Part shown: in pieces, positions 55,123-64,000 of the stretch
Layout of the letters: every line of letters begins with the position of its first letter
Position numbering within the stretch: position 1 is the first letter of the stretch
IMG/VR virus record: IMGVR_UViG_3300032516_000001
Span: 124,001 to 188,000 of that record
Strand: one strand, 5' to 3'
DNA: 64,000 bases
Notes under the pieces: generated by a model
Databases searched by the model: none
What the model was told of the DNA's origin: nothing
What the model saw: only the letters and a program-made list of their open reading frames with translations
Program-made: the position numbers and the translations under genes

Positions 55123-56085
55123 CTATGTTGATCTTACTTGAGACTCGATCCATTTGTATGTCCGATTCATACCATCTTCAAAACCAATATGCGGTTCCCA
55201 TTTCAACACACTACGAAGCATTGAGTTATCTGAATTTCTGCCACGAACACCCTGTGGTTTTGATTCGTCATATCGCTTTCTAATAGTCTTTCCGGCAATT
55301 TTTGCTACAATATCACACAATTCATTAATGGACACTAAACGATCCGTTCCAAGATTGATAGGATCGTGGTGATCGGATTCCATCAGACGTATCAATCCAT
55401 CGACACAATCATCTATGAAACAATATGAACGTGTCTGTTTTCCATCACCCCAAACCTCTATTTCATCATTAGACTTCGCTAATGCTATTTTACGGCATAT
55501 AGCGGCGGGACTTTTTTCACGCCCACCATCATAAGTTCCCAGTGGACCGTATATATTATGGAACCGTACTACACGCGTATCGAAACCGAGATCTTCACGA
55601 TAATGACGACATATTCTTTCCATCGTTAATTTTTCCCAGCCATATCCATCTTCTGGTAATGCCGGGTATGCGTCCTCTTCACGCAGCGGAATGACGTTTA
55701 CTTGTTCCTGCATGCTTGTCGGATATATACATGCTGAGGATGAAAATAGAAGACGTTTCGCATTATGTCTGAATGCTTCCTCGATAACATTCAAGTTAAT
55801 ACGCGAATTATTCACTATTATTTGACATCTGTGGCTCTCAATGAAACCTATCCCCCCCATATCAGCAGCTAAATGATAAATTCTATCATACGGTTCATCA
55901 TCGAAAAACTTTTTCACAACAGATTCAGAGCGTAAATCAGTATTTGCGTAAAATTGGGTAGCAGTTGTCTTCCCAAATTCCGGAAATTTCAAATCCACTC
56001 CGGTAACTTCATGGCCATCATTAATTAACCTTGTAGTGAGATGACTCCCTATAAACCCGCCGGCCCCTGTTACCAGAATTCTCAT
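55123..56085 (-). CDS. GDP-mannose 3,5-epimerase-like SDR
   Basis: TGAGGFIGSHL, HLAADMGGIGFI, SSACIYP, YGWEKL, RFHNIYGP.GT.DGGREK.PAA.CRK. Confidence 0.88.
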   Translation of the reverse strand: MRILVTGAGGFIGSHLTTRLINDGHEVTGVDLKFPEFGKTTATQFYANTDLRSESVVKKFFDDEPYDRIYHLAADMGGIGFIESHRCQIIVNNSRINLNVIEEAFRHNAKRLLFSSSACIYPTSMQEQVNVIPLREEDAYPALPEDGYGWEKLTMERICRHYREDLGFDTRVVRFHNIYGPLGTYDGGREKSPAAICRKIALAKSNDEIEVWGDGKQTRSYCFIDDCVDGLIRLMESDHHDPINLGTDRLVSINELCDIVAKIAGKTIRKRYDESKPQGVRGRNSDNSMLRSVLKWEPHIGFEDGMNRTYKWIESQVRST

Positions 56086-56093
56086 TTTATCAC

Positions 56094-57275
56094 CTATAGA
56101 GTGCTCGGAATCCTTAGTGACAAATCTAAAACTTTGATCTTAGATGATTCAGCTAATCTATTACGAATATCAGGATAATCAACACAGAGTATGACAAAAT
56201 CAGCATTGTTCACAACGTAATCGATATTCGGCGCATGAATCCAAGATGGTTTGATTTCAAGAACAATGTTCTTAACAGTTGGGTCATAGACAATCGGGTT
56301 TAGTTTCTCAATAGCGTTGGCTATCGTCATACCAACAGCATCAGTTATATCAAGCGCATTGGGCTTATAACCTAAGCCAACAACTGCAATTTTACGATTC
56401 GTGACCTCATGTAATTTGACCCATTCAGTAGCTATTTTTGCATATTTATTGAGTGTCTGCGCGTGTGAATTCATCACAGCATCAGATGTAGGAGACTGAT
56501 GGATGTCGTTCCAGATCAAACTATCTCTAGGGAGGCAAGGCCCGCCCGGAGGAGGGCCGGGTAACATATAACTTGTTCCGCCAATTCTCGGTTCAAATCC
56601 AAGTGCTCTGAAAACAACATCGGCATCTGCTCCCAGTTTTGATAGCTTGGCATTGATATCGTTGCCCCACGCACCACGCGCTGACAAGGTTGCGTTTATT
56701 GCTAATTTGGCGCAAGCGATTGAAATGACATTGCCACGCACTTCATTTGCGCATTTATTGTTCCAAATTGATGCTAATTCATCCTGAAGCTCTTTGCTGT
56801 CGACGTCATCACAACCCAAAAACATAATATGAGCATGAGCAAAATCGTAAGCTACCTGCCCCAATCTGATGAGTGGAGGATTATAGATTATCCGAAGTTT
56901 ATTGTGACCATTACAAACTTCACGCGCATCGCGTGGGTCTAAAGTTGACACCACATTTACTTTATATTTATCAGAAACAATGCTGTCGATTTCATTAATG
57001 ATATTAGTTATGAATGCCGAAGATAGCGTTTTACCGGATAATGGAGTAGGTGCTATAACAAACGCCCACTCTGTTTTCTCTACAGCCTCGACAGATGAAT
57101 CTGCTAAATTGAAATTCCATTCTATATGCTCAAACAGCGGGTTTTCTTTCCGCCGTAGCTTTCGCATCAACTCTTTATTTACATCGTACCCCCATACTTC
57201 GTGACCTAAACATCCAAGGTGATATGCCATGGGAAGACCGACCTTCCCGAGACCAAAAACGGCAATGCTTGTCAT
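56094..57275 (-). CDS. UDP-glucose/GDP-mannose dehydrogenase family protein
   Basis: GLGKVGLP, AKLAINA, GGPCLPRD, GLGYKPN..D. Confidence 0.85.
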   Translation of the reverse strand: MTSIAVFGLGKVGLPMAYHLGCLGHEVWGYDVNKELMRKLRRKENPLFEHIEWNFNLADSSVEAVEKTEWAFVIAPTPLSGKTLSSAFITNIINEIDSIVSDKYKVNVVSTLDPRDAREVCNGHNKLRIIYNPPLIRLGQVAYDFAHAHIMFLGCDDVDSKELQDELASIWNNKCANEVRGNVISIACAKLAINATLSARGAWGNDINAKLSKLGADADVVFRALGFEPRIGGTSYMLPGPPPGGPCLPRDSLIWNDIHQSPTSDAVMNSHAQTLNKYAKIATEWVKLHEVTNRKIAVVGLGYKPNALDITDAVGMTIANAIEKLNPIVYDPTVKNIVLEIKPSWIHAPNIDYVVNNADFVILCVDYPDIRNRLAESSKIKVLDLSLRIPSTL

Positions 57276-57276
57276 T

Positions 57277-58584
57277 TCATTTTCCCTGTTTCAGTGCCTG
57301 CATTTTGAATTCCCACGCGTTATAGTGGCCCAATCTAGAAATATCAACAAACCCAATTTTTCTTAACAGTGACTCTAAGGATGACTCGGTGTATCCCCAT
57401 AAATGAAAATCGGCGTCATAAGTATTTCCACGCGTTCCCCAAATACATGTTGCCCATTCATCAACCATCCCATCAGCAATAATCCTCTTTAATGCGAATT
57501 CCATATCAGTTACCATTATATATAACGATCCACCAGGTCGTAGTATGCGTAAACACTCATTTAGAACTTTCTCGCCAGCCTCGGCTGACAAATGATTGAT
57601 CAGATGGATCATTTTAATCTTATCGGCGTGTCCATCGTGAAGTGGAATAATACCTTTGCTAAGATCACATACAATATCAACCCCTGGAATTGCCCTAACA
57701 TCTACATTGGGATGATAAACATCAGCAGAACCGCCACCCCCTAATTCGACCCACGTCGATTGCCCACACGTAGAACATGTCGGGCCAACACCCCCTGGTG
57801 GCGGCATCGGACCAATTGCTTGATACTGTCGTACGTCCATACTCCGCTTTACATCAACTTGGCTGGAGTACATCTCATCATCTTTGATAAATTTTGCCCA
57901 CATATAAGAATTACCATTGAAAATCCTGTAATGTTCGAGTTTCAATCCAAGCAGGGCTTGTAACTGTTCTATTGTATACCCTCTATTGTACGGACCTTCG
58001 TTAGTAAGTGCATTCTCATAAGGATAGTAAACTGTCGTATAAACCATGCAGAGAAATGTGCCACCGGGTTTAAGACATCGTTTAAATAATTCAACTACAT
58101 ATTGAACTTTTCCCGGTTGTATAGCATGCAAAACCCCATCCAAAAGTATTAAATCAAACATTCCTAACTGATTAATATCATCATATTCTTTAAGCAAAAC
58201 AGCTTTTGATGGATAACCTTCTAAAATTTTCGAGGTTAACTGCACATTTGAAGGAGTTATATCGACAGCAATAACATCCGCACCAGCTTGTGACATATAA
58301 AGTGAATCAACACCCATGCCACAGCCAAAATCCAAAACCCGCAAGCCTTTAAGATTTATAGCTAAAAGTTCTTCATAATAAATCTCACCTGTAAGAACTT
58401 TGTCCCAACGCATTCTGTTACGGAATTCCCAGTGTTCTTTAACATGTCGCTTTGTATCTTCGATATTATTAAGTGCGTCACTAGTTTTCTGAGCTGGTCC
58501 ATCATCCCAAAAACACGCGTCCCAATATGCTATGGAATCCCGACTGATTTGCGAATTTTCGTTCTTCATCGCATGGCCTTCCAT
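57277..58584 (-). CDS. Protein with two class I SAM methyltransferase domains
   Basis: VLDFGCGMG in domain 1; CSTCG linker; VELGGG..LRPGG in domain 2. Confidence 0.82.
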   Translation of the reverse strand: MEGHAMKNENSQISRDSIAYWDACFWDDGPAQKTSDALNNIEDTKRHVKEHWEFRNRMRWDKVLTGEIYYEELLAINLKGLRVLDFGCGMGVDSLYMSQAGADVIAVDITPSNVQLTSKILEGYPSKAVLLKEYDDINQLGMFDLILLDGVLHAIQPGKVQYVVELFKRCLKPGGTFLCMVYTTVYYPYENALTNEGPYNRGYTIEQLQALLGLKLEHYRIFNGNSYMWAKFIKDDEMYSSQVDVKRSMDVRQYQAIGPMPPPGGVGPTCSTCGQSTWVELGGGGSADVYHPNVDVRAIPGVDIVCDLSKGIIPLHDGHADKIKMIHLINHLSAEAGEKVLNECLRILRPGGSLYIMVTDMEFALKRIIADGMVDEWATCIWGTRGNTYDADFHLWGYTESSLESLLRKIGFVDISRLGHYNAWEFKMQALKQGK

Positions 58585-58586
58585 CT

Positions 58587-59333
58587 TTACACAAATTCAT
58601 TCGGAATGCATAGCAGATCAACACTGATAGGCGCACCGTGAGGTGAAATACTTGCTATGTCGCTAGGCGTAGTTAAATTATTGGGGACCCTTGATATCGT
58701 TGTTACTGAATAATTCTCATTTAAAAGAAGTTTTCCGAGTTCAAATGAAGAATCTCCGACTTTATCCATGGTATAATTACATACTTCAACTACCATAGAT
58801 GGCCTATATTTACGCAAACATTCTAAAGAACCACGTAATACGCGCAATTCCCACCCATCAACGTCAATTTTGATGAAAGTTGGCTCTATATTTAGAATTG
58901 ATACTATTTGATCTGTTGTTAACACCTCTACTGTAAATGGCTTTGCTTCCTTGAGTTCTACATAGGGTAAAAAATATTGGTTGTTCTTATTCAATTCATG
59001 ATCCGGTGATAATAATGTCCAATGTCCTTGATGAACTACACTAATTGGGTTGCATGTCCGGCAATCGGATAAAGCTGCCCTGATGCATGTAACATTATTA
59101 TATGTGAGATTTTGTACACGATTAACTAAACATGCGAATGCTTTAGGACCCGGTTCTACGGCTACGACTTTTCCATCGTGGGAAGCTTCTATAGCCAACG
59201 GAATGGTTAAATCTCCTACGTTAGCCCCTATATCAATGATTACACATTTACCAAATCTTTTGATATAATTACGAAATGATGACAACAAATCAGTCTCATT
59301 GTAATTAGAAGCTATTTCACTGATAATATTCAT
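58587..59333 (-). CDS. FkbM family methyltransferase
   Basis: IDIGANVG, AVEP, FIKIDVDGWE..VLRG. Confidence 0.85.
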   Translation of the reverse strand: MNIISEIASNYNETDLLSSFRNYIKRFGKCVIIDIGANVGDLTIPLAIEASHDGKVVAVEPGPKAFACLVNRVQNLTYNNVTCIRAALSDCRTCNPISVVHQGHWTLLSPDHELNKNNQYFLPYVELKEAKPFTVEVLTTDQIVSILNIEPTFIKIDVDGWELRVLRGSLECLRKYRPSMVVEVCNYTMDKVGDSSFELGKLLLNENYSVTTISRVPNNLTTPSDIASISPHGAPISVDLLCIPNEFV

Positions 59334-59347
59334 AGTCTACTATCCAA

Positions 59348-60436
59348 TCATGGCGACTCTGGCCATATTTCACATCCCCAGTATTCTAAGTCACTAACGT
59401 CTATTGATTTTACCGGATGATTTCGCTCTTCTCTCCATAAATCTAAACGCGATGCGAGTTCATCCATAATGTAATTATTTTTAGCATGACATATTTTTGA
59501 ACGGTCATTTGACGCGTGTATTTCATTTCTACGCATCTCGTTGTAGTTCATTCCGTCTCTAAAACTCCACCTTCCTTCAATGCGTTCCTCCATGCCTCCC
59601 CATGGCAAAGATCCACAAATCCAGCGTGGATTTGGAACGATCGGGTCTTTCATTCTAGGTTCCCACCACAAATTGAGTCCAAGACCTTCAATCCTTATTG
59701 CAAAATCAGTATCCATCGGACCTTTCCCCCGTTCCAAACGTTCATCAAGGCCGCCCAATCTCCACAAGGTGTCACGCCTCATAGATTCATTTTTAACATG
59801 AATCCAACTAGGCGCCTTGGTACCCGGAACATTCCCAGACATAAGACGTCGGGAGTCTTGAATTTGATCCTGCCCGTGAACTTTTAAGGATGGAATAATC
59901 GAAGAATCGAAAGGTCCATCCTGGAATATAAACATTTCTGGTAAAATTCCGCCCTCGATTACTGGCGATGTAGTAACACAATGACCCGAATATCCAGATA
60001 AAGATGAATGGGCGTATTCCTTAGAAAAATCATAATCTCTCAGTAATTTTAATTTTGGAAGATCCGTATGCAGATATGGACCGATTAAATACAGATTATC
60101 TCTTTGTGAATGGTATTCAAGATGAGATTCGATCCACTCAGGATGACAATAACAATAATCCTGTAATATTAGGATGTATTCACCACGCGCAAGAGCAAAA
60201 GCAGTGTTCCACGCAGAACAGAACGTAGTCCATTTACCATTACGTCTATGTTCTGGTACGTGAATGCACTTAATTCCATATTTATTCGCTAAATCAATCA
60301 CTTCGGAATGACGCTTTTCATAACGGTTATCACATATGATTAATTCGAAATCTTTAAAATTCTGATCTCGCATGCCAGCAAGAGTAATATCTAAACCGCC
60401 AGGTCTAAATGTAGAAACGCATACCGAAACTTTCAT
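59348..60436 (-). CDS. GT2-family glycosyltransferase
   Basis: VSVCVSTFR, ELIICD, N.AFALARGEYILILQDY, GGLDE. Confidence 0.82.
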   Translation of the reverse strand: MKVSVCVSTFRPGGLDITLAGMRDQNFKDFELIICDNRYEKRHSEVIDLANKYGIKCIHVPEHRRNGKWTTFCSAWNTAFALARGEYILILQDYCYCHPEWIESHLEYHSQRDNLYLIGPYLHTDLPKLKLLRDYDFSKEYAHSSLSGYSGHCVTTSPVIEGGILPEMFIFQDGPFDSSIIPSLKVHGQDQIQDSRRLMSGNVPGTKAPSWIHVKNESMRRDTLWRLGGLDERLERGKGPMDTDFAIRIEGLGLNLWWEPRMKDPIVPNPRWICGSLPWGGMEERIEGRWSFRDGMNYNEMRRNEIHASNDRSKICHAKNNYIMDELASRLDLWREERNHPVKSIDVSDLEYWGCEIWPESP

Positions 60437-60457
60437 GTGATTACTATACTATACGAA

Positions 60458-61150
60458 TTAAGTTATTGGGAAATAGAGGCTATGGGAAATAGGACCACAT
60501 GGAATAGTTGAAATCTCATTATATTTTACTCCAAATTTCCCACCAATAAGAGAATCTCGAATTTCTTCATAAATAGATGCACGTTTAAAAACATGGTTCT
60601 CAACTTGGATTTTCGGATGAAATTCAGATATAAGATTTTTTGATCCTTTTAAAACTTCTACCTCAGCCCCCTCAACATCTAATTTCATCCAATCCACGCG
60701 CGATAGATTAACCGAAGTCATCCATGAATCGATGATAGTCACCGGAATGATATAACCATCACAGATCCCGGGATCCATGGAGAAAAATTCTTGTGTCATA
60801 GTATGCAACCAACCATCACGATCATAGACTCCGGATTCAATGACACAACATTTATCGGACCACCCATTCAATGCTAAAGTTTTACGCAGTATATTTGCCT
60901 CTGATTCATCACCAGTTCCTTGAGGAGACCAGGCCCATACGTAAGAAGCTCCTTGCGCTAAAGCTGTAACTGTATATGAACCATAGGCTGCTCCGACGTC
61001 GAGGACGACATCCCCCGGGAGTATATGCCAATACGCCTCTCTAACAGACGCCTCATCTTCAAATGTGTACCAAGTCGGGTGTTTTGGAATATTATCTAAA
61101 CAAACGATTTTGTATGATTTTCCCCGAAACGTAAACTCTTTAATAGACAT
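60458..61150 (-). CDS. FkbM family methyltransferase (tandem paralog A)
   Basis: VLDVGAAYGSY, MKLDVEGAE.EVLKG. Confidence 0.85.
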   Translation of the reverse strand: MSIKEFTFRGKSYKIVCLDNIPKHPTWYTFEDEASVREAYWHILPGDVVLDVGAAYGSYTVTALAQGASYVWAWSPQGTGDESEANILRKTLALNGWSDKCCVIESGVYDRDGWLHTMTQEFFSMDPGICDGYIIPVTIIDSWMTSVNLSRVDWMKLDVEGAEVEVLKGSKNLISEFHPKIQVENHVFKRASIYEEIRDSLIGGKFGVKYNEISTIPCGPISHSLYFPIT

Positions 61151-61154
61151 GGAA

Positions 61155-61874
61155 TTAGATTATTGGGAAGTATAGACTATGGGAAATGAAATGATATGAA
61201 ACAGTCGAGATTTCCCTATATCTTATCCCCAGTTTTCCTTCAACAAGAAGATCATAAACCTCTTGATACAAAGATGCGCGTCTAAAAAGGTGATTTTCAA
61301 CGAGAATCTTTGGACAAAAATTAGATATTAGATTCTTAGCGCCTTTTATAACTTCTCCTTCGGCCCCCTCAACGTCTAACTTCATCCAATCTACGCGCGA
61401 TAGATTAACCGAAGTCATCCATGAATCGATCGTAGTTACCGGAATAACATCCAGAGGTAATCCGTTTGCCGGCCCATCCGGAATTGCGGGAGAGTCAGCA
61501 TAAAATTCTTGTGTATCAACGTTTAACCAACCATCACGATCATAGACTCCAGATTCAATAACACAACATTTATCAGCCCATCCATTTAGCGCTAAAGTCT
61601 CACGCATCAACTGTGCCCCGGTATCAATGACCCCTCTTCCCGTATAAGGAGACCAAGCCCATACATAAGAGGCCCCCTGAGACAAAGCCGGCATCGTGTA
61701 TGAGCCGTAGGAAGCCCCGATATCGAAAACAACATCATCCGGGAGTATGTGCCAATTCCTATCTCTAACGGATGACTCATCTTCGAATGAATACCAACTC
61801 GGGTGGTCCTTGGTTTCTGTAGTATAAGCGATCTTATACATCTTTCCTCGAAACGTGAGTTCTTTTATGAGCAT
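61155..61874 (-). CDS. FkbM family methyltransferase (tandem paralog B)
   Basis: FDIGASYGSY, MKLDVEGAE.EVIKG. Confidence 0.85.
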   Translation of the reverse strand: MLIKELTFRGKMYKIAYTTETKDHPSWYSFEDESSVRDRNWHILPDDVVFDIGASYGSYTMPALSQGASYVWAWSPYTGRGVIDTGAQLMRETLALNGWADKCCVIESGVYDRDGWLNVDTQEFYADSPAIPDGPANGLPLDVIPVTTIDSWMTSVNLSRVDWMKLDVEGAEGEVIKGAKNLISNFCPKILVENHLFRRASLYQEVYDLLVEGKLGIRYREISTVSYHFISHSLYFPII

Positions 61875-61882
61875 ATGGCTAC

Positions 61883-64000
61883 CTAACTAGCTGCTTTATA
61901 CATAGGAACGATGTTTTGTTCGACATCCTTAATAATGTCGTATAACATTTTCTCCCAATCAACAGCAAGAGAATCCCATCCGAAATTATTCTTGGCGTAT
62001 TGTTGCAGGGATATTCTATCTTCGTTCCCAAATTTAGTCATTGCCTGTATAACAGCATTGGTCCATTTGTCTTGATAATCTTCTGAAAGCCAATCACCAG
62101 GAATCATATAACCACGCGGACCAACCGTTTCGTTCAAAGCGGCGATCGGTGACGTCACCATTCGTAATCCGGCCGCTTGTGCTTCCATAGCAGTAATACA
62201 GCTTGATTCGGAAAACCATGTCGAATATGCCCAAACACCTGAAGAAAGAAACTCTTTAGCTAATTCTATTTGGTTAATTCTGTCTTTGAAAAATATCCCG
62301 TATTTTTTACCATCTTCAAGTTGTTGCTTTAAACGAGCAATCAAAGCAAGTTGACCACGATCATTCATACTCGTGGCTGAAACCTCCCAATTTTTAAATC
62401 CATAAAATACATGTAATTCCGCATCAACAATTTTTTCACGAATCCTGGGCCAACAACACATAGCAACTTCAAGACCACGATCCGGGCTTGAACTATAAAC
62501 GGCTTTATGCGGGTTACGATCAATTTTGAAATTAAACCTATCTAAATCTATACCATTACGGGTAGTAATAACCTGAGATGGATGAACAAATTTGTGAACA
62601 GACAAGAAGAAATCGTGGTGCCACTCACTAAGAACCAAGAATCGGTCGATTTTCAACGCTCGTTCATGAGTAAGGGCGCCTCCAAGATGAATATCATGTA
62701 CCCAACAAAACGATACCTTATATTTGATATTATATTCACTATCCATTATATGTGGACGGCGTGAAGTAATGAATACGTCGCATTCTATGTTTCTACAATT
62801 AGTATGATGTATGTAATCAACACCATCATACTTCCCCTCAATTCCTAAACAATCCCCGTAAACACGTACTTTGTGTCCTTTAGCTGCCAGTCTCTTTCCC
62901 ATCTCGATGACAGCAGTTTCTGATCCGCCAATACCACCATCACGCATAGTTGCCGGCGTCCATGGTTCACAACTATTTCCTATATAGAATACTATATCCA
63001 GTTTTGGTGCGACAGAAGTTTCTAATTTTGGCGTAACAGGAGTATCTGACTGTGCGACGCTCGATCCAGACGTAGTTGAACAAACTTTAGGAATAGTCTC
63101 AGACTCACCTACAAACGAAATAGATGCTCTTCCATGAATAACGTTTATGACGAAACTTCTTACTTGTTCATCGATTACATTGCTATTCAATAACGTATTC
63201 AGACCCTGCTCTATTTTCTGTCGTGCAAAGAATTCTTCATATAATTTTTTGTTCAAAAGTAAACTGTCATCAGGTTTAATCAATAGTGCCTTATTCACAC
63301 TTTCAAGAGCACCGCCTACATCTCCTATTTTATTTAGAGCTAGATTTAGATAACGGTGAATATCAAAATCTCGTTCGATTGGATTAACAAACAGAATAGT
63401 TTTTGTAGGCGGAAGCTGTAGTCCTAATTTAGCAAAATGAACGCTTTTCTCCCAATTTCGGTGTTCATTTGGTCCGCCCCGCTGTGCTAGATAATAATAA
63501 CTCTTGGCTAGAGAAAAATAAGCTTCGGCCCAACCCTCGCGCACAGTTAACGCTTTAAGTGCCCATTCGACAGCATTATCATAGTCACCCCTATTTTGAT
63601 AATGCTTGGCAATCTCGAGACATGCTAAAAATTTTTCATCGTCCCATCCTGATAATTCAACATAACGCTTATGAAATTTGATAGAACTTTCTATATCACC
63701 ATTGTTTGCATACTCCAACCCAAGGTAATATAATTGTCGTATATCTGATTCGCCAACCTTTGCAAAATGAGCCTTGAGAATTCTTAAGTTTCTGCCGGAC
63801 TCAATAACCTTGCCCGATTGCATTCTGCGATGGATAATTGTTATACTGTCTTTTTGGTCCATCCATGTAGATCGTTTTGGTACTAACACTTCATGGACCG
63901 GGCCAGTCCATTTAAAAGCTTCTTTAGGAGTTACAATTCTTTCTCGATAGTGGTAGCAAGTAATATTGCCTTTTTCATCATGAGCATACTCATACGGTAA
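61883..64000 (-). CDS. GT2 + TPR + GT4 glycosyltransferase (5' end outside the window)
   Basis: The frame stays open to 64000 (..YRERIV..FKWTGPVHEVL), a SunS-like GT2 signature; TPR helices; GGSE..RNGID..SSPDRGL..E.SCI.AMEAQAAG GT4 domain. Confidence 0.88.
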   Translation of the reverse strand, partial: LPYEYAHDEKGNITCYHYRERIVTPKEAFKWTGPVHEVLVPKRSTWMDQKDSITIIHRRMQSGKVIESGRNLRILKAHFAKVGESDIRQLYYLGLEYANNGDIESSIKFHKRYVELSGWDDEKFLACLEIAKHYQNRGDYDNAVEWALKALTVREGWAEAYFSLAKSYYYLAQRGGPNEHRNWEKSVHFAKLGLQLPPTKTILFVNPIERDFDIHRYLNLALNKIGDVGGALESVNKALLIKPDDSLLLNKKLYEEFFARQKIEQGLNTLLNSNVIDEQVRSFVINVIHGRASISFVGESETIPKVCSTTSGSSVAQSDTPVTPKLETSVAPKLDIVFYIGNSCEPWTPATMRDGGIGGSETAVIEMGKRLAAKGHKVRVYGDCLGIEGKYDGVDYIHHTNCRNIECDVFITSRRPHIMDSEYNIKYKVSFCWVHDIHLGGALTHERALKIDRFLVLSEWHHDFFLSVHKFVHPSQVITTRNGIDLDRFNFKIDRNPHKAVYSSSPDRGLEVAMCCWPRIREKIVDAELHVFYGFKNWEVSATSMNDRGQLALIARLKQQLEDGKKYGIFFKDRINQIELAKEFLSSGVWAYSTWFSESSCITAMEAQAAGLRMVTSPIAALNETVGPRGYMIPGDWLSEDYQDKWTNAVIQAMTKFGNEDRISLQQYAKNNFGWDSLAVDWEKMLYDIIKDVEQNIVPMYKAAS

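Noticed and set aside
1-64000. tRNA/rRNA genes, reverse transcriptase/DGR, transposases, integrase
   Set aside because: No cloverleaf, YxDD reverse transcriptase, DDE or tyrosine/serine recombinase motifs were recognised by eye; a tRNAscan-SE run is needed to be certain.

Overview
Segment of a large (jumbo-like) tailed-phage genome with a contractile tail; no rRNA, tRNA or CRISPR array was recognised. About 1-31 kb is a mostly minus-strand virion-morphogenesis region: tape measure, putative tail chaperones, tail tube, a 1567-aa tail sheath, neck/head-completion proteins, an actin-family protein and a SAP-domain protein. This region and the stretch to about 42 kb are heavily invaded by free-standing homing-endonuclease-like genes (HNH, GIY-YIG, PD-(D/E)XK), two of them fused to a Mom-like GNAT domain. 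About 31-47 kb is an accessory region: purB, a papain-like peptidase, NADAR, a metallophosphoesterase, a truncated ligase-like nucleotidyltransferase, a dispersed family of small Zn-finger proteins sharing a C-terminal tag, and a ~375-nt GNRA/UUCG-rich structured non-coding RNA that I could not assign to a known class. About 47-64 kb is a nucleotide-sugar, methyltransferase and glycosyltransferase cluster that includes a UDP-glucuronate decarboxylase-like gene with two inteins. The strongest leads are the unassigned ncRNA, hairpins that bury endonuclease start codons and overlap their -10 boxes, HNH-Mom fusions, and two short peptide tags shared by unrelated proteins. All product calls come from motif recognition by eye; no database search was run.
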